DNA of 64,000 nucleotides from Pseudomonas aeruginosa PAO1 (GTDB lineage Bacteria; Pseudomonadota; Gammaproteobacteria; Pseudomonadales; Pseudomonadaceae): NCBI RefSeq assembly GCF_000006765.1, contig NC_002516.2; one strand, 5' to 3'. Shown piece by piece: positions 18,836 to 27,698 of this stretch (position 1 is its first letter; each line of letters starts with the position of its first letter). The notes under the pieces were generated by a model. It saw only the letters and a program-made list of their open reading frames with translations, ran no database searches and was not told where the DNA came from. The position numbers and the translations under genes were made by a program.

Positions 18836-19170
18836 TGAAGCTGTTGTTGAAACCTTTGTTGCAGCAGGGCATCACGCCTGACAGGGAACGTCTCAGCGAT
18901 GTCCAGGTGCGAGGGTCGGTGTTTATCCTGGATGGCGTCGAATACGATTTCGGAAGAATGCAGCCTGGGGGGTACCTGCCTCCGGAGGCATACCATGATA
19001 CGCCATTCATTGATATTCGCTTCGTGGACGGCGACCGCCTGTACCTGCACTACATCCACCAGGTGACCTCTGAAGTGATGATGCAGTTTCCCAGGGAGAT
19101 CGAGTCAATTCCGGTCGACCAGGATGGAAAAGTCGAGGTAGCGTTCAGCTATGAACATCCAATGGGATAA
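18835..19170 (+). CDS. Tail fibre assembly chaperone 1a, 111 aa
   Basis: TGATG coupling; YDFGRMQPGGYLP similar to YDFSQLPEGGYLP in 20529..20831. Confidence 0.8.
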   Translation: MKLLLKPLLQQGITPDRERLSDVQVRGSVFILDGVEYDFGRMQPGGYLPPEAYHDTPFIDIRFVDGDRLYLHYIHQVTSEVMMQFPREIESIPVDQDGKVEVAFSYEHPMG

Positions 19171-19381
19171 GTACGTCAGCCCTGCAAAGGCCGCGGCAGA
19201 TGTGCGCGATCAGGCCTTGGCCAGCGTGCAGGCCAAGCGCCTTCTGGCCTATCGGGAAGAAAGCAATCCGCTCAAGACCGAAGCCGAGTTCGATGCGATC
19301 AAGGCCGGCGTCGAGCCGGACTATGGCGCCTGGATCGCCAAGGTGGAAGAGATCAAGTCACGATACCCGATGCCTGAATAG
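19151..19381 (+). CDS. Tail fibre assembly chaperone 1b, 76 aa
   Basis: AYREESNPLKTEAEFD...WIAKVEEIKSRYP; paralogue of 20828..21058. Confidence 0.82.
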   Translation: MNIQWDKYVSPAKAAADVRDQALASVQAKRLLAYREESNPLKTEAEFDAIKAGVEPDYGAWIAKVEEIKSRYPMPE

Positions 19382-19435
19382 CCGAACTCCAGGCTCGCCT
19401 GGGCGTCAGCCCTGTGGTTCCGAACTAACCCTATC

Positions 19436-19458
19436 AAGCCCGCCGACTGCGGGTTTTT
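19436..19458 (+). terminator. Terminator-like hairpin between the two fibre cassettes
   Basis: AAGCCCGC-CGACT-GCGGGTTT-TT. Confidence 0.6.
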
Positions 19459-19476
19459 CATTATCTGGAGAACGTC

Positions 19477-20529
19477 ATGCCTTGGTATTCCACAGGCACG
19501 GTTTCCGTCGTCCTTAATTCGGACACGGTGACCGGCAGCGGCACCGCCTTCAGCGCCAATGCGCGCGCCGGCGATGCCTTCAGAGGGCCGGATGGCCGCT
19601 GGTACGAGATCGGCAACGTTGCCAGCGCCACTGTGCTGACCATCAAGCCCGCATATCAAGGAGCTACCGCCAACGGCCAGGCATATTCGATCACCCCGGT
19701 GCAGGGGTACTCGAAGACACTGGCGGATCAGTTCCGTGACCTCAGCAATCAATGGGGTTCCCTCCTGGCGGCAGTGAAGCCTTGGGCGATAGCGTCTACC
19801 GGTTCGCAGGCGCAGGCTGACATGGGGATCACCGAAGTTGGCCGTGCTATCAATGGAGCCTCTACCGTAGGCAATGCATTGGGGTTCTTGGGAGGTGTTT
19901 CCAAGACCCAAGCACCCATGGCCCTGGATATGGACACGGTGAACGAAAGCGGATGGTTCTCGATAACCCCCAATACTTACAACGTGCCTCTTGGAAACAA
20001 CAATATCAGCGGTGTGAACGGCCATGTCGCTCTGTCGATGGTATTCGACGCCAGTACCCGCTATCAGCTGTTCTTTGTGAGAAATACCAACCTCCCGGAG
20101 GTTTGGTACAGGAGCTGTACCAATGGAACCTGGAAGGAGTGGGTCAGGTTTTATACGACAGACAATATCGTGGGGAGCGTAACGAGGCGACTTGTCACAG
20201 GTAAGCCCACCGGGGCCGTGATGGAGAGCGGGACAACTTCCAACGGCTGGTACGTTCGCTTTGCGGATGGTACCCAGATGGCAGCGGCAAGATCCGAACC
20301 GGGCCTTTCGTTTGGAGCTAACGTGATACAGCTACCAGCTGCCTTCGTTACGGGCTTCAATACCGGGGTGACCTGCAATTGGATCCCCTCCAGCGGATGG
20401 CCTGCCACTGCTGGGCAGGGGGTTCGTGGGGCCTATCTCAACGGTAGCAGCTCTGTTTCTTTCGCGACGGCGCAGGCACTGGGGGCTAACGACACCATTA
20501 CGGTGATGGCTGTGGGGAGGTGGTACTGA
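19477..20529 (+). CDS. Side tail fibre / receptor-binding protein 2, 350 aa
   Basis: N-terminal ~140 aa clearly paralogous to 17744..18835; YVRFADGTQ motif. Confidence 0.88.
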   Translation: MPWYSTGTVSVVLNSDTVTGSGTAFSANARAGDAFRGPDGRWYEIGNVASATVLTIKPAYQGATANGQAYSITPVQGYSKTLADQFRDLSNQWGSLLAAVKPWAIASTGSQAQADMGITEVGRAINGASTVGNALGFLGGVSKTQAPMALDMDTVNESGWFSITPNTYNVPLGNNNISGVNGHVALSMVFDASTRYQLFFVRNTNLPEVWYRSCTNGTWKEWVRFYTTDNIVGSVTRRLVTGKPTGAVMESGTTSNGWYVRFADGTQMAAARSEPGLSFGANVIQLPAAFVTGFNTGVTCNWIPSSGWPATAGQGVRGAYLNGSSSVSFATAQALGANDTITVMAVGRWY

Positions 20530-20831
20530 TGCGTATCGAACTCAGTCCGGTTGTAGTCCTGCCCGAGGACTCGACTGATATGGATGTCATGGTTTCCGGA
20601 GATTCGATAGCCGTCTCGGGTGTCATGTACGACTTCTCGCAGTTACCGGAGGGGGGATATCTGCCCGCCTCTGCCATCCATGAGGGGCCTTTTTCCGGGC
20701 GGGTTACCAGGGCAGGCGGAGAGATATGCCTGACATTGGTGTTTCCCATCCGGGGGAGCTACAGCGAAGCTGCCAAATTCCCTGTCCCCATCCATATCGT
20801 TGAAGACGGAACCGTGGAGTTGCCCAAGTGA
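20529..20831 (+). CDS. Tail fibre assembly chaperone 2a, 100 aa
   Basis: TGATG coupling to the fibre stop; paralogue of 18835..19170. Confidence 0.8.
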   Translation: MRIELSPVVVLPEDSTDMDVMVSGDSIAVSGVMYDFSQLPEGGYLPASAIHEGPFSGRVTRAGGEICLTLVFPIRGSYSEAAKFPVPIHIVEDGTVELPK

Positions 20832-21058
20832 TCGATTGGAAAATGATGAAAACACCGGATCAGGTTTCCAGAGAGCGGGTTCAGCAAGAATATGATGCTG
20901 TGTTGGCCAGACGTGCCGAGGCCTACCGTTTGGAAAGCGATCCGATCAAAACGGAAGTGGAGTTCGATTCGATCCGTGCAGGTGTGGAGACGGATTACAG
21001 CGCCTGGCTTGCCAAGGTCGAAGAGATCAAGGCTAGATATCCGCTCCCGCGCATCTGA
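20828..21058 (+). CDS. Tail fibre assembly chaperone 2b, 76 aa
   Basis: GTGA overlap; AYRLESDPIKTEVEFD...WLAKVEEIKARYP. Confidence 0.82.
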   Translation: MIDWKMMKTPDQVSRERVQQEYDAVLARRAEAYRLESDPIKTEVEFDSIRAGVETDYSAWLAKVEEIKARYPLPRI

Positions 21059-21178
21059 CCTGGCTGATGGACGCAAGCCTGCCTCGTGTAGGCTTCGCCA
21101 TTTTAGATCGCTACTGTCGGGCCTCTGCCTGGTAAACAATTTCCGCTTCTTAAGCCTCTTTCTTCCGACATCCCGCTG

Positions 21179-21208
21179 TTGCACCCATCCTCCCCACTGG
21201 GCTATGTT
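21179..21208 (+). promoter_or_regulatory. Candidate sigma70 promoter of the trpGDC leader
   Basis: TTGCAC-N18-TATGTT. Confidence 0.5.
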
Positions 21209-21237
21209 CCCCAACATGGCTCCGTGAGACCGCTATC

Positions 21238-21306
21238 GTGATCCACCTCAGCAGCATCATCACCTCCCTCATCAAGGCATTCGCCCGTTGGCGCTGGCGC
21301 GCCTGA
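21238..21306 (+). CDS. trpL: trp leader peptide MIHLSSIITSLIKAFARWRWRA (22 aa); not in ORF track
   Basis: GTG...TGG CGC TGG CGC GCC TGA, 170 nt upstream of trpG; the WRWRA ending matches Pseudomonas trp leaders as I recall them. Confidence 0.75.
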   Translation: MIHLSSIITSLIKAFARWRWRA

Positions 21307-21476
21307 CTTCTTCTTCGCCGGCCTGGCCGGTCACGTCTCCCTGCGTACCCCGTTTTCCACAGGCATAATGCCGACGATCCACTCCCCCTTCCTCCGCGAG
21401 CGCGCCGGGAAACGGGTGTGGCGAAAGCCGGGTGATGCGATTCGCATAGGAATGAAATCAAGAGGTTACAGCCAGC

Positions 21477-22082
21477 ATGCTGCTGATGATCGATAACTAC
21501 GACTCCTTCACCTACAACCTGGTGCAGTACTTCGGCGAGCTCAAGGCCGAGGTCAAGGTGGTGCGTAACGACGAACTGAGCGTGGAACAGATCGAGGCCC
21601 TGGCGCCCGAGCGCATCGTCCTTTCCCCCGGTCCCTGCACCCCCAACGAGGCCGGCGTCTCGCTGGCCGTTATCGAGCGCTTCGCCGGCAAGCTGCCGCT
21701 GCTCGGTGTCTGCCTTGGCCATCAGAGCATCGGCCAGGCCTTCGGCGGCGAAGTGGTGCGGGCGCGGCAGGTGATGCACGGCAAGACCAGCCCGATCCAC
21801 CACAAGGACCTCGGCGTGTTCGCCGGCCTGGCCAATCCCCTGACGGTGACGCGCTACCACTCGCTGGTGGTGAAGCGAGAGAGCCTGCCGGAGTGCCTGG
21901 AGGTCACCGCCTGGACCCAACATGCCGACGGATCGCTCGACGAGATCATGGGCGTACGCCACAAGACCCTGAATGTCGAGGGCGTGCAGTTCCATCCCGA
22001 GTCCATCCTCACCGAGCAGGGCCACGAGTTGCTGGCCAACTTCCTCCGCCAGCAGGGCGGCGTGCGTGGGGAGGGTAACTGA
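21477..22082 (+). CDS. trpG: Anthranilate synthase component II (glutamine amidotransferase)
   Basis: [28 protein letters not shown]. Confidence 0.97.
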
Positions 22083-22083
22083 G

Positions 22084-23133
22084 ATGGATATCAAGGGAGC
22101 CCTCAATCGCATCGTCAACCAGCTCGACCTGACCACCGAGGAAATGCAGGCGGTCATGCGCCAGATCATGACCGGGCAGTGCACCGACGCGCAGATCGGC
22201 GCCTTCCTGATGGGCATGCGGATGAAGAGCGAAACCATCGACGAGATCGTCGGCGCGGTGGCGGTGATGCGCGAACTGGCCGACGGCGTGCAGTTGCCTA
22301 CGCTGAAGCATGTGGTCGACGTGGTCGGCACCGGCGGCGATGGCGCGAACATCTTCAACGTGTCCTCGGCGGCGTCCTTCGTGGTCGCCGCCGCTGGCGG
22401 CAAGGTCGCCAAACACGGTAACCGCGCGGTCTCCGGCAAGAGCGGCAGCGCCGACTTGCTGGAAGCCGCCGGCATCTACCTGGAGCTGACCTCCGAACAG
22501 GTGGCGCGTTGCATCGACACCGTCGGCGTCGGGTTCATGTTCGCCCAGGTCCACCACAAGGCGATGAAGTACGCCGCCGGTCCGCGCCGCGAGCTGGGCT
22601 TGCGGACTCTGTTCAACATGCTTGGCCCACTGACCAACCCGGCGGGAGTCAGGCACCAGGTGGTCGGGGTGTTCACCCAGGAACTGTGCAAGCCGCTGGC
22701 TGAAGTGCTCAAGCGTCTCGGCAGCGAGCATGTGCTGGTGGTGCATTCGCGCGACGGGCTGGACGAGTTCAGTCTGGCCGCGGCGACCCACATTGCCGAG
22801 TTGAAGGACGGCGAGGTACGCGAGTACGAAGTGCGTCCCGAGGACTTCGGGATCAAGAGCCAGACCCTGATGGGGCTGGAGGTCGACAGTCCGCAGGCCT
22901 CGCTGGAACTGATCCGCGACGCTTTGGGGCGGCGCAAGACCGAGGCTGGGCAGAAGGCCGCCGAGCTGATCGTGATGAATGCCGGCCCGGCACTGTACGC
23001 TGCCGATCTGGCGACCAGCCTGCACGAGGGCATTCAACTGGCCCACGATGCCCTGCACACCGGGCTGGCACGGGAGAAGATGGACGAACTGGTGGCCTTC
23101 ACCGCCGTTTACAGAGAGGAGAACGCACAGTGA
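22084..23133 (+). CDS. trpD: Anthranilate phosphoribosyltransferase, 349 aa
   Basis: [30 protein letters not shown]; ATG 22084. Confidence 0.97.
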
Positions 23134-23966
23134 GTGTGCCGACGGTTCTGCAGAAGATCCTCGCCCGCAAGGCCGAGGAGGTCGCCGAGCGCCGTGCGCG
23201 CGTCAACCTGGCAGAGGTCGAGCGGCTGGCGCGTAGCGCCGATGCGCCGCGCGGCTTCGCCAATGCCCTGCTGGAGCGGGCCAAGCGCAAGGAGCCGGCA
23301 GTGATCGCCGAGATCAAGAAGGCATCGCCGAGCAAGGGCGTGCTGCGCGAACACTTCGTCCCGGCGGAGATCGCCCGCAGCTACGAGGCGGGTGGCGCGG
23401 CGTGCCTGTCGGTGCTCACCGACGTGGACTTCTTCCAGGGCGCCGATGCCTATCTGAAGGAAGCGCGGGCCGCCTGTGCGCTGCCGGTGATCCGCAAGGA
23501 CTTCATGATCGATCCGTACCAGATCGTCGAGGCGCGGGCGATCGGTGCCGACTGCATCCTGCTGATCGTCTCGGCGCTGGACGACGTGCTGATGGCCGAA
23601 CTGGCGGCGACTGCCAAGTCGGTCGGTCTCGACGTACTGGTCGAAGTGCATGACGGCACCGAGCTGGAACGTGCACTGAAGACCCTGGACACGCCGTTGG
23701 TGGGCATCAACAACCGCAACCTGCACACCTTCGAGGTGAGCCTGGAAACCACCCTCGACCTGTTGCCGGAAATTCCCCGCGACCGCCTGGTGGTCACCGA
23801 GAGCGGTATTCTCAACCGGGCCGACGTGGAGCTGATGGAAGTCAGCGAGGTCTACGCCTTCCTGGTTGGCGAGGCGTTCATGCGGGCCGACGATCCTGGC
23901 CTCGAGCTGAAGCGCCTGTTCTTCCAGGAGCGTGGTGCTGTGGTGCTGGGCGCCGATCCTGACTGA
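23130..23966 (+). CDS. trpC: Indole-3-glycerol phosphate synthase
   Basis: [33 protein letters not shown]. Confidence 0.97.
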
Positions 23967-23981
23967 TCCGCGCTGTCGAAC

Positions 23982-24021
23982 CCCATGAAAAAGGCCGGTT
24001 GCGACCGGCCTTTTTCATGGG
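23982..24021. terminator. Bidirectional terminator between trpC and vfr
   Basis: Perfect 18-bp stem CCCATGAAAAAGGCCGGT-TGCG-ACCGGCCTTTTTCATGGG. Confidence 0.9.
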
Positions 24022-24027
24022 TGCTGT

Positions 24028-24672
24028 TCAGCGGGTGCCGAAGACCACCATGGTCTTTCCTTTCACATGCACCAGGCCCTGCTCCTCCAGGCTCTTCAGC
24101 ACGCGTCCGACCATTTCCCGCGAGCAGCCGACGATCCGGCCGATCTCCTGGCGGGTGATCTTGATCTGCATGCCGTCCGGGTGGGTCATGGCGTCCGGTT
24201 GCTGGCACAGGTCCAGCAAGGTGCGGGCGACGCGTCCGGTGACGTCGAGGAAGGCCAGGTCGCCCACCTTGCGGGTGGTCTTGCGCAGGCGGTCGGCCAT
24301 CTGGCTGCCGAGGGTGTAGAGGATCTCCGAGTCCTGCTGCGACAGTTCGCGGAACTTCGCATAGCTGATCTCGGCGACTTCGCATTCCACCTTGGCACGA
24401 ACCCAGGCGCTGCGTTCCTGTTCGCTGCCTTCCTTTTCGAACAATCCCAGCTCGCCGAAGAAATCACCGCTGTTGAGGTAGCCGATGATCATTTCGCGGC
24501 CGTCGTCGTCCTCGATGAGGATGGTGACCGAACCCTTGATGATGAAGAACAGCGTTTCGCAGCGATCGCCGGCATAGATGATGGTGCTCTTTGCGGTGTA
24601 GCGGCGGCGGTGACAGTGTGCGAGCAGCTTGTCTAGGTGTTTGAGTTTGGGTGTGTGGGTAATAGCTACCAT
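24028..24672 (-). CDS. vfr: cAMP-binding virulence factor regulator (CRP family), 214 aa
   Basis: MVAITHTPK start; [13 protein letters not shown] and [22 protein letters not shown]. Confidence 0.98.
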   Translation of the reverse strand: MVAITHTPKLKHLDKLLAHCHRRRYTAKSTIIYAGDRCETLFFIIKGSVTILIEDDDGREMIIGYLNSGDFFGELGLFEKEGSEQERSAWVRAKVECEVAEISYAKFRELSQQDSEILYTLGSQMADRLRKTTRKVGDLAFLDVTGRVARTLLDLCQQPDAMTHPDGMQIKITRQEIGRIVGCSREMVGRVLKSLEEQGLVHVKGKTMVVFGTR

Positions 24673-24943
24673 GCCCGAGTCCCGAAAGAATAAAGAATAT
24701 GCCTGACGTACAAGGCGATGTTTTTTTGAGTTCTTATGGAGAGACCTGCCAGGGCCCGGGAGCTCAGCGGAGAGCTCCCCCCAACCGGGCAGATCAGGAA
24801 GTGTGCCAGTAAACCGCGTCCAGCTTAACAGACGGACCATGAAGGTCGATGTGATTTTGCGACGCAGCTATCAGGACTGTGATCCCGTACTGTCCTTGGG
24901 CCCTGTGCTAAGCTGGCGCCCTTTGCCGGCGGGAGTCTGAACG

Positions 24944-25366
24944 ATGAAAGCGCGTATCCAGTGGGCGGGCGAGGCGATGTTCCTCGGCGAGTCCGGTAGC
25001 GGCCACGTGGTGGTCATGGACGGTCCGCCGGACCATGGCGGACGCAACCTCGGGGTGCGCCCTATGGAGATGGTCCTGATCGGCCTCGGCGGCTGCACCA
25101 ACTTCGATGTGGTCAGCATCCTGAAGAAGGCGCGCCAGCCGGTGGAGAGCTGCGAAGCCTTCCTCGAGGCCGAAAGGGCCGACGAGGAGCCCAAGGTGTT
25201 CACGAAGATCCACGTGCACTTCGTGGTCAAGGGCCGCGGTCTCAAGGAGGCCCAGGTCAAGCGCGCGGTGGAGCTGTCGGCGGAGAAATACTGCTCGGCG
25301 TCGATCATGCTCGGTCGCGGCGGGGTGGAGATCACCCACGACTACGAGATCGTCGAACTCGGCTGA
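24944..25366 (+). CDS. OsmC/YhfA family protein
   Basis: GVRPMEMVLIGLGGC...KYCSAS. Confidence 0.9.
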   Translation: MKARIQWAGEAMFLGESGSGHVVVMDGPPDHGGRNLGVRPMEMVLIGLGGCTNFDVVSILKKARQPVESCEAFLEAERADEEPKVFTKIHVHFVVKGRGLKEAQVKRAVELSAEKYCSASIMLGRGGVEITHDYEIVELG

Positions 25367-25386
25367 GACGACATCCGGTCATCATA

Positions 25387-25446
25387 AAAGGGGCGCAAAC
25401 TCTGGCGGAGGCTTGATTGGCTCTGCATAATGCGCCCCTTTTTTCG
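25387..25446 (+). terminator. Large-loop hairpin with T tract after the OsmC gene, overlapping a candidate speD promoter
   Basis: AAAAGGGGCGCA-N32-TGCGCCCCTTTT plus TT; CATAAT at 25426-31 lies inside the loop. Confidence 0.4.
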
Positions 25447-25685
25447 TGCCGCGCGATTCCGTCGGGCGGCCGTTCAGTTCGGAAGATTCTTCCGCTCTGA
25501 TAGACGTTTCCCGAGCCATCCCGGTCGGGTGACCAATGGCGCCAGCCGGCGCCCGTGCAACTCAACAAACCACAATCGCCATCGCGAAGAGGTGTTAACC
25601 GTCCTACGCAGGTGCGTCGTTCGCATCTGACGGGCATGCCCCAACCCTGCGGCAGAGCCGCAAGCAACCGAGAGAGTTCCCCACG

Positions 25686-26480
25686 GTGAAAAGCAAACTC
25701 AAGCTCCACGGGTTCAACAACCTGACGAAGACCTTGAGCTTCAACATCTACGACATCTGCTACGCCGAGACGCCCGAAGACCTCCAGGCCTACGTGCAGT
25801 ACATCGACGAAGAGTATGACGCGGAGCGTCTGACGCAGATTCTTACCGATGTTGTCGACATCATCGGCGCCAATATCCTGAACATCGCGCGTCAGGACTA
25901 CGACCCCCAGGGCGCCAGCGTGACCATCCTGATCTCCGAGCAGCCGGTCACTCCGACCGACAGCCAGATCGAAGAGTCCCCGGGCCCGCTGCCGGACACC
26001 ATCCTGGCGCACCTGGACAAGAGCCACATCACCGTGCATACCTACCCGGAAATCCATCCGGTGGACGGCATCGCGACCTTCCGCGTGGACATCGATGTGT
26101 CCACCTGCGGAGTGATCTCCCCGCTGAAGGCCCTGAACTACCTGATCCACCAGTTCGACTCGGACATCGTCACGGTCGACTATCGGGTCCGCGGCTTCAC
26201 CCGCGACATCGAGGGGCGCAAGCATTTCATCGACCACGAGATCAACTCGATCCAGAACTATCTCTCCGACGACACGCGCGAGGCCTACCAGATGACCGAC
26301 GTGAACGTGTACCAGGAGAACCTGTTCCACACCAAGATGCTGCTCAAGGACTTCGAACTGGAGAACTACCTGTTCGGCGACGCTACCCGGACGCTCTCGG
26401 CGGAACAGCGTGAGCAGGTCACGGAACGGCTCAAGCACGAAATGCTGGAGATCTTCTACGCGCGCAACATGCCGCGCTGA
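25686..26480 (+). CDS. speD: S-adenosylmethionine decarboxylase proenzyme
   Basis: [11 protein letters not shown]; [14 protein letters not shown] self-cleavage motif. Confidence 0.97.
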   Translation: MKSKLKLHGFNNLTKTLSFNIYDICYAETPEDLQAYVQYIDEEYDAERLTQILTDVVDIIGANILNIARQDYDPQGASVTILISEQPVTPTDSQIEESPGPLPDTILAHLDKSHITVHTYPEIHPVDGIATFRVDIDVSTCGVISPLKALNYLIHQFDSDIVTVDYRVRGFTRDIEGRKHFIDHEINSIQNYLSDDTREAYQMTDVNVYQENLFHTKMLLKDFELENYLFGDATRTLSAEQREQVTERLKHEMLEIFYARNMPR

Positions 26481-26495
26481 TCGCACACGAGGAAG

Positions 26496-26522
26496 AAAAA
26501 GCCCGCTTCGAGCGGGCTTTTT
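26496..26522. terminator. Bidirectional terminator between speD and coq7
   Basis: AAAAAGCCCGCT-TCG-AGCGGGCTTTTT. Confidence 0.88.
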
Positions 26523-26534
26523 CATGCGTGCGAT

Positions 26535-27182
26535 TCAGATGCGGTAGGTGCTCTTGGTCATCACCTTCGCCAGCAGGCTCATGCCCAGCTTCACCGGTGC
26601 CGGGAAGCGCAGGCCGCCGGCGGCCAGGGCGTTGCTCGAATGCTGTTCCTCGTCGATACGCATCTGCTCGAGGATGGCACGGGATTTCCGATCCTCCTGG
26701 GGAATCTGCGCCAGGTGTTCGTCCAGATGCTTGCACACCTGGTCTTCGGTGGCGGCGACGAAGCCCAGGCTGACCCGGTCGCTGACCAGCCCGGCGGCGG
26801 CACCGACGCCGAAGGACAGGCCGTAGAAGATCGGATTGAGGACGCTGGGACGGCTGCCCAACTGGCGGATGCGTTGCTCGCACCAGGCCAGGTGGTCGAT
26901 CTCCTCCTCGGCGGCTTCCTCCATCGCCTCGCGGACCTCGGGCAGCTTGGCGGTCAGCGACTGGCCCTGGTACAGCGCCTGGGCGCAGACCTCGCCGGTG
27001 TGGTTGATGCGCATCAGGCCGGCGATATGGCGGGTGTCTTCCTCGCTCAGTTCGCCATCGGGTTCCACGATGGCCGGCGACGGTCGCGCCGGCTGGCCGC
27101 TGAACGGCAGCAGGGTGCGCAGGGCGGAGTCGGCCTGCAGCAGGAAACGGTCGATGGGCGAATAGTGGCGGTCGGCGGACAT
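26535..27182 (-). CDS. coq7: Di-iron ubiquinone hydroxylase (demethoxyubiquinone hydroxylase)
   Basis: [34 protein letters not shown]. Confidence 0.95.
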   Translation of the reverse strand: MSADRHYSPIDRFLLQADSALRTLLPFSGQPARPSPAIVEPDGELSEEDTRHIAGLMRINHTGEVCAQALYQGQSLTAKLPEVREAMEEAAEEEIDHLAWCEQRIRQLGSRPSVLNPIFYGLSFGVGAAAGLVSDRVSLGFVAATEDQVCKHLDEHLAQIPQEDRKSRAILEQMRIDEEQHSSNALAAGGLRFPAPVKLGMSLLAKVMTKSTYRI

Positions 27183-27281
27183 GGCGCACCTCCGGAAACG
27201 AAAGATCGCACCAGTTTACCGGAAGTGCGCTGATAGCAGGATGTTGCGGACGGGCTGCGATGTCGCAGCGCCAGCAGGGAC

Positions 27282-27620
27282 TCAGCCCGGCGGCCAGTGC
27301 ATCTGGCGTTGACCCAGCACGTGCATGTGGATGTGGTGCACGGTCTGCCCGCCAAGGTCGTTGCAGTTCATCACCACACGGAAGCCTTCCTCGCAGCCCT
27401 GCTCCCGGGCCAGGCGCTGGGCGGTGAAGAGGATATGGCCTGCCAGCGGCCGGTCTGCCTCGGTCAGGTGCTCGAGGGTGGGAATGTGCCTTTTCGGGAT
27501 GACCAGGAAGTGCACCGGCGCCTGCGGGCCGATATCGTGAAACGCGACAACTTCCTCGTCTTCGTAGAACTTGCGCGCGGGAACTTCCCCCGCCACGATC
27601 TTGCAGAACAGACAGTCCAT
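27282..27620 (-). CDS. HIT-family nucleotide-binding protein (HinT-like), 112 aa
   Basis: MDCLFCKI...GQTVHHIHMHVLG. Confidence 0.95.
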   Translation of the reverse strand: MDCLFCKIVAGEVPARKFYEDEEVVAFHDIGPQAPVHFLVIPKRHIPTLEHLTEADRPLAGHILFTAQRLAREQGCEEGFRVVMNCNDLGGQTVHHIHMHVLGQRQMHWPPG

Positions 27621-27698
27621 GGGCGATTCCTCCGGCCTCGGGTGCTTTCCCGAGTGTAGCGGTGCCCGTCGCGACCGCCCAAGCGTGAAGGAGCCGCA

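Larger units (their letters stand above)
7537..21058 (+). other. F-type pyocin (lambda-like flexible tailocin) gene cluster
   Basis: V-G-T-H-M-L-K-I-J gene order of the lambda tail, followed by fibre and chaperone genes. Confidence 0.93.

Noticed and set aside
1-21058. Intact prophage
   Set aside because: Only tail, lysis and fibre genes are present; no capsid, terminase, portal, integrase or att-like repeats. The position upstream of trpG fits the R/F pyocin locus.
24850-24885. Vfr/CRP autoregulatory site
   Set aside because: TGTGA half-sites are visible (24850, 24878) but I could not fit a convincing TGTGA-N6-TCACA pair by eye.
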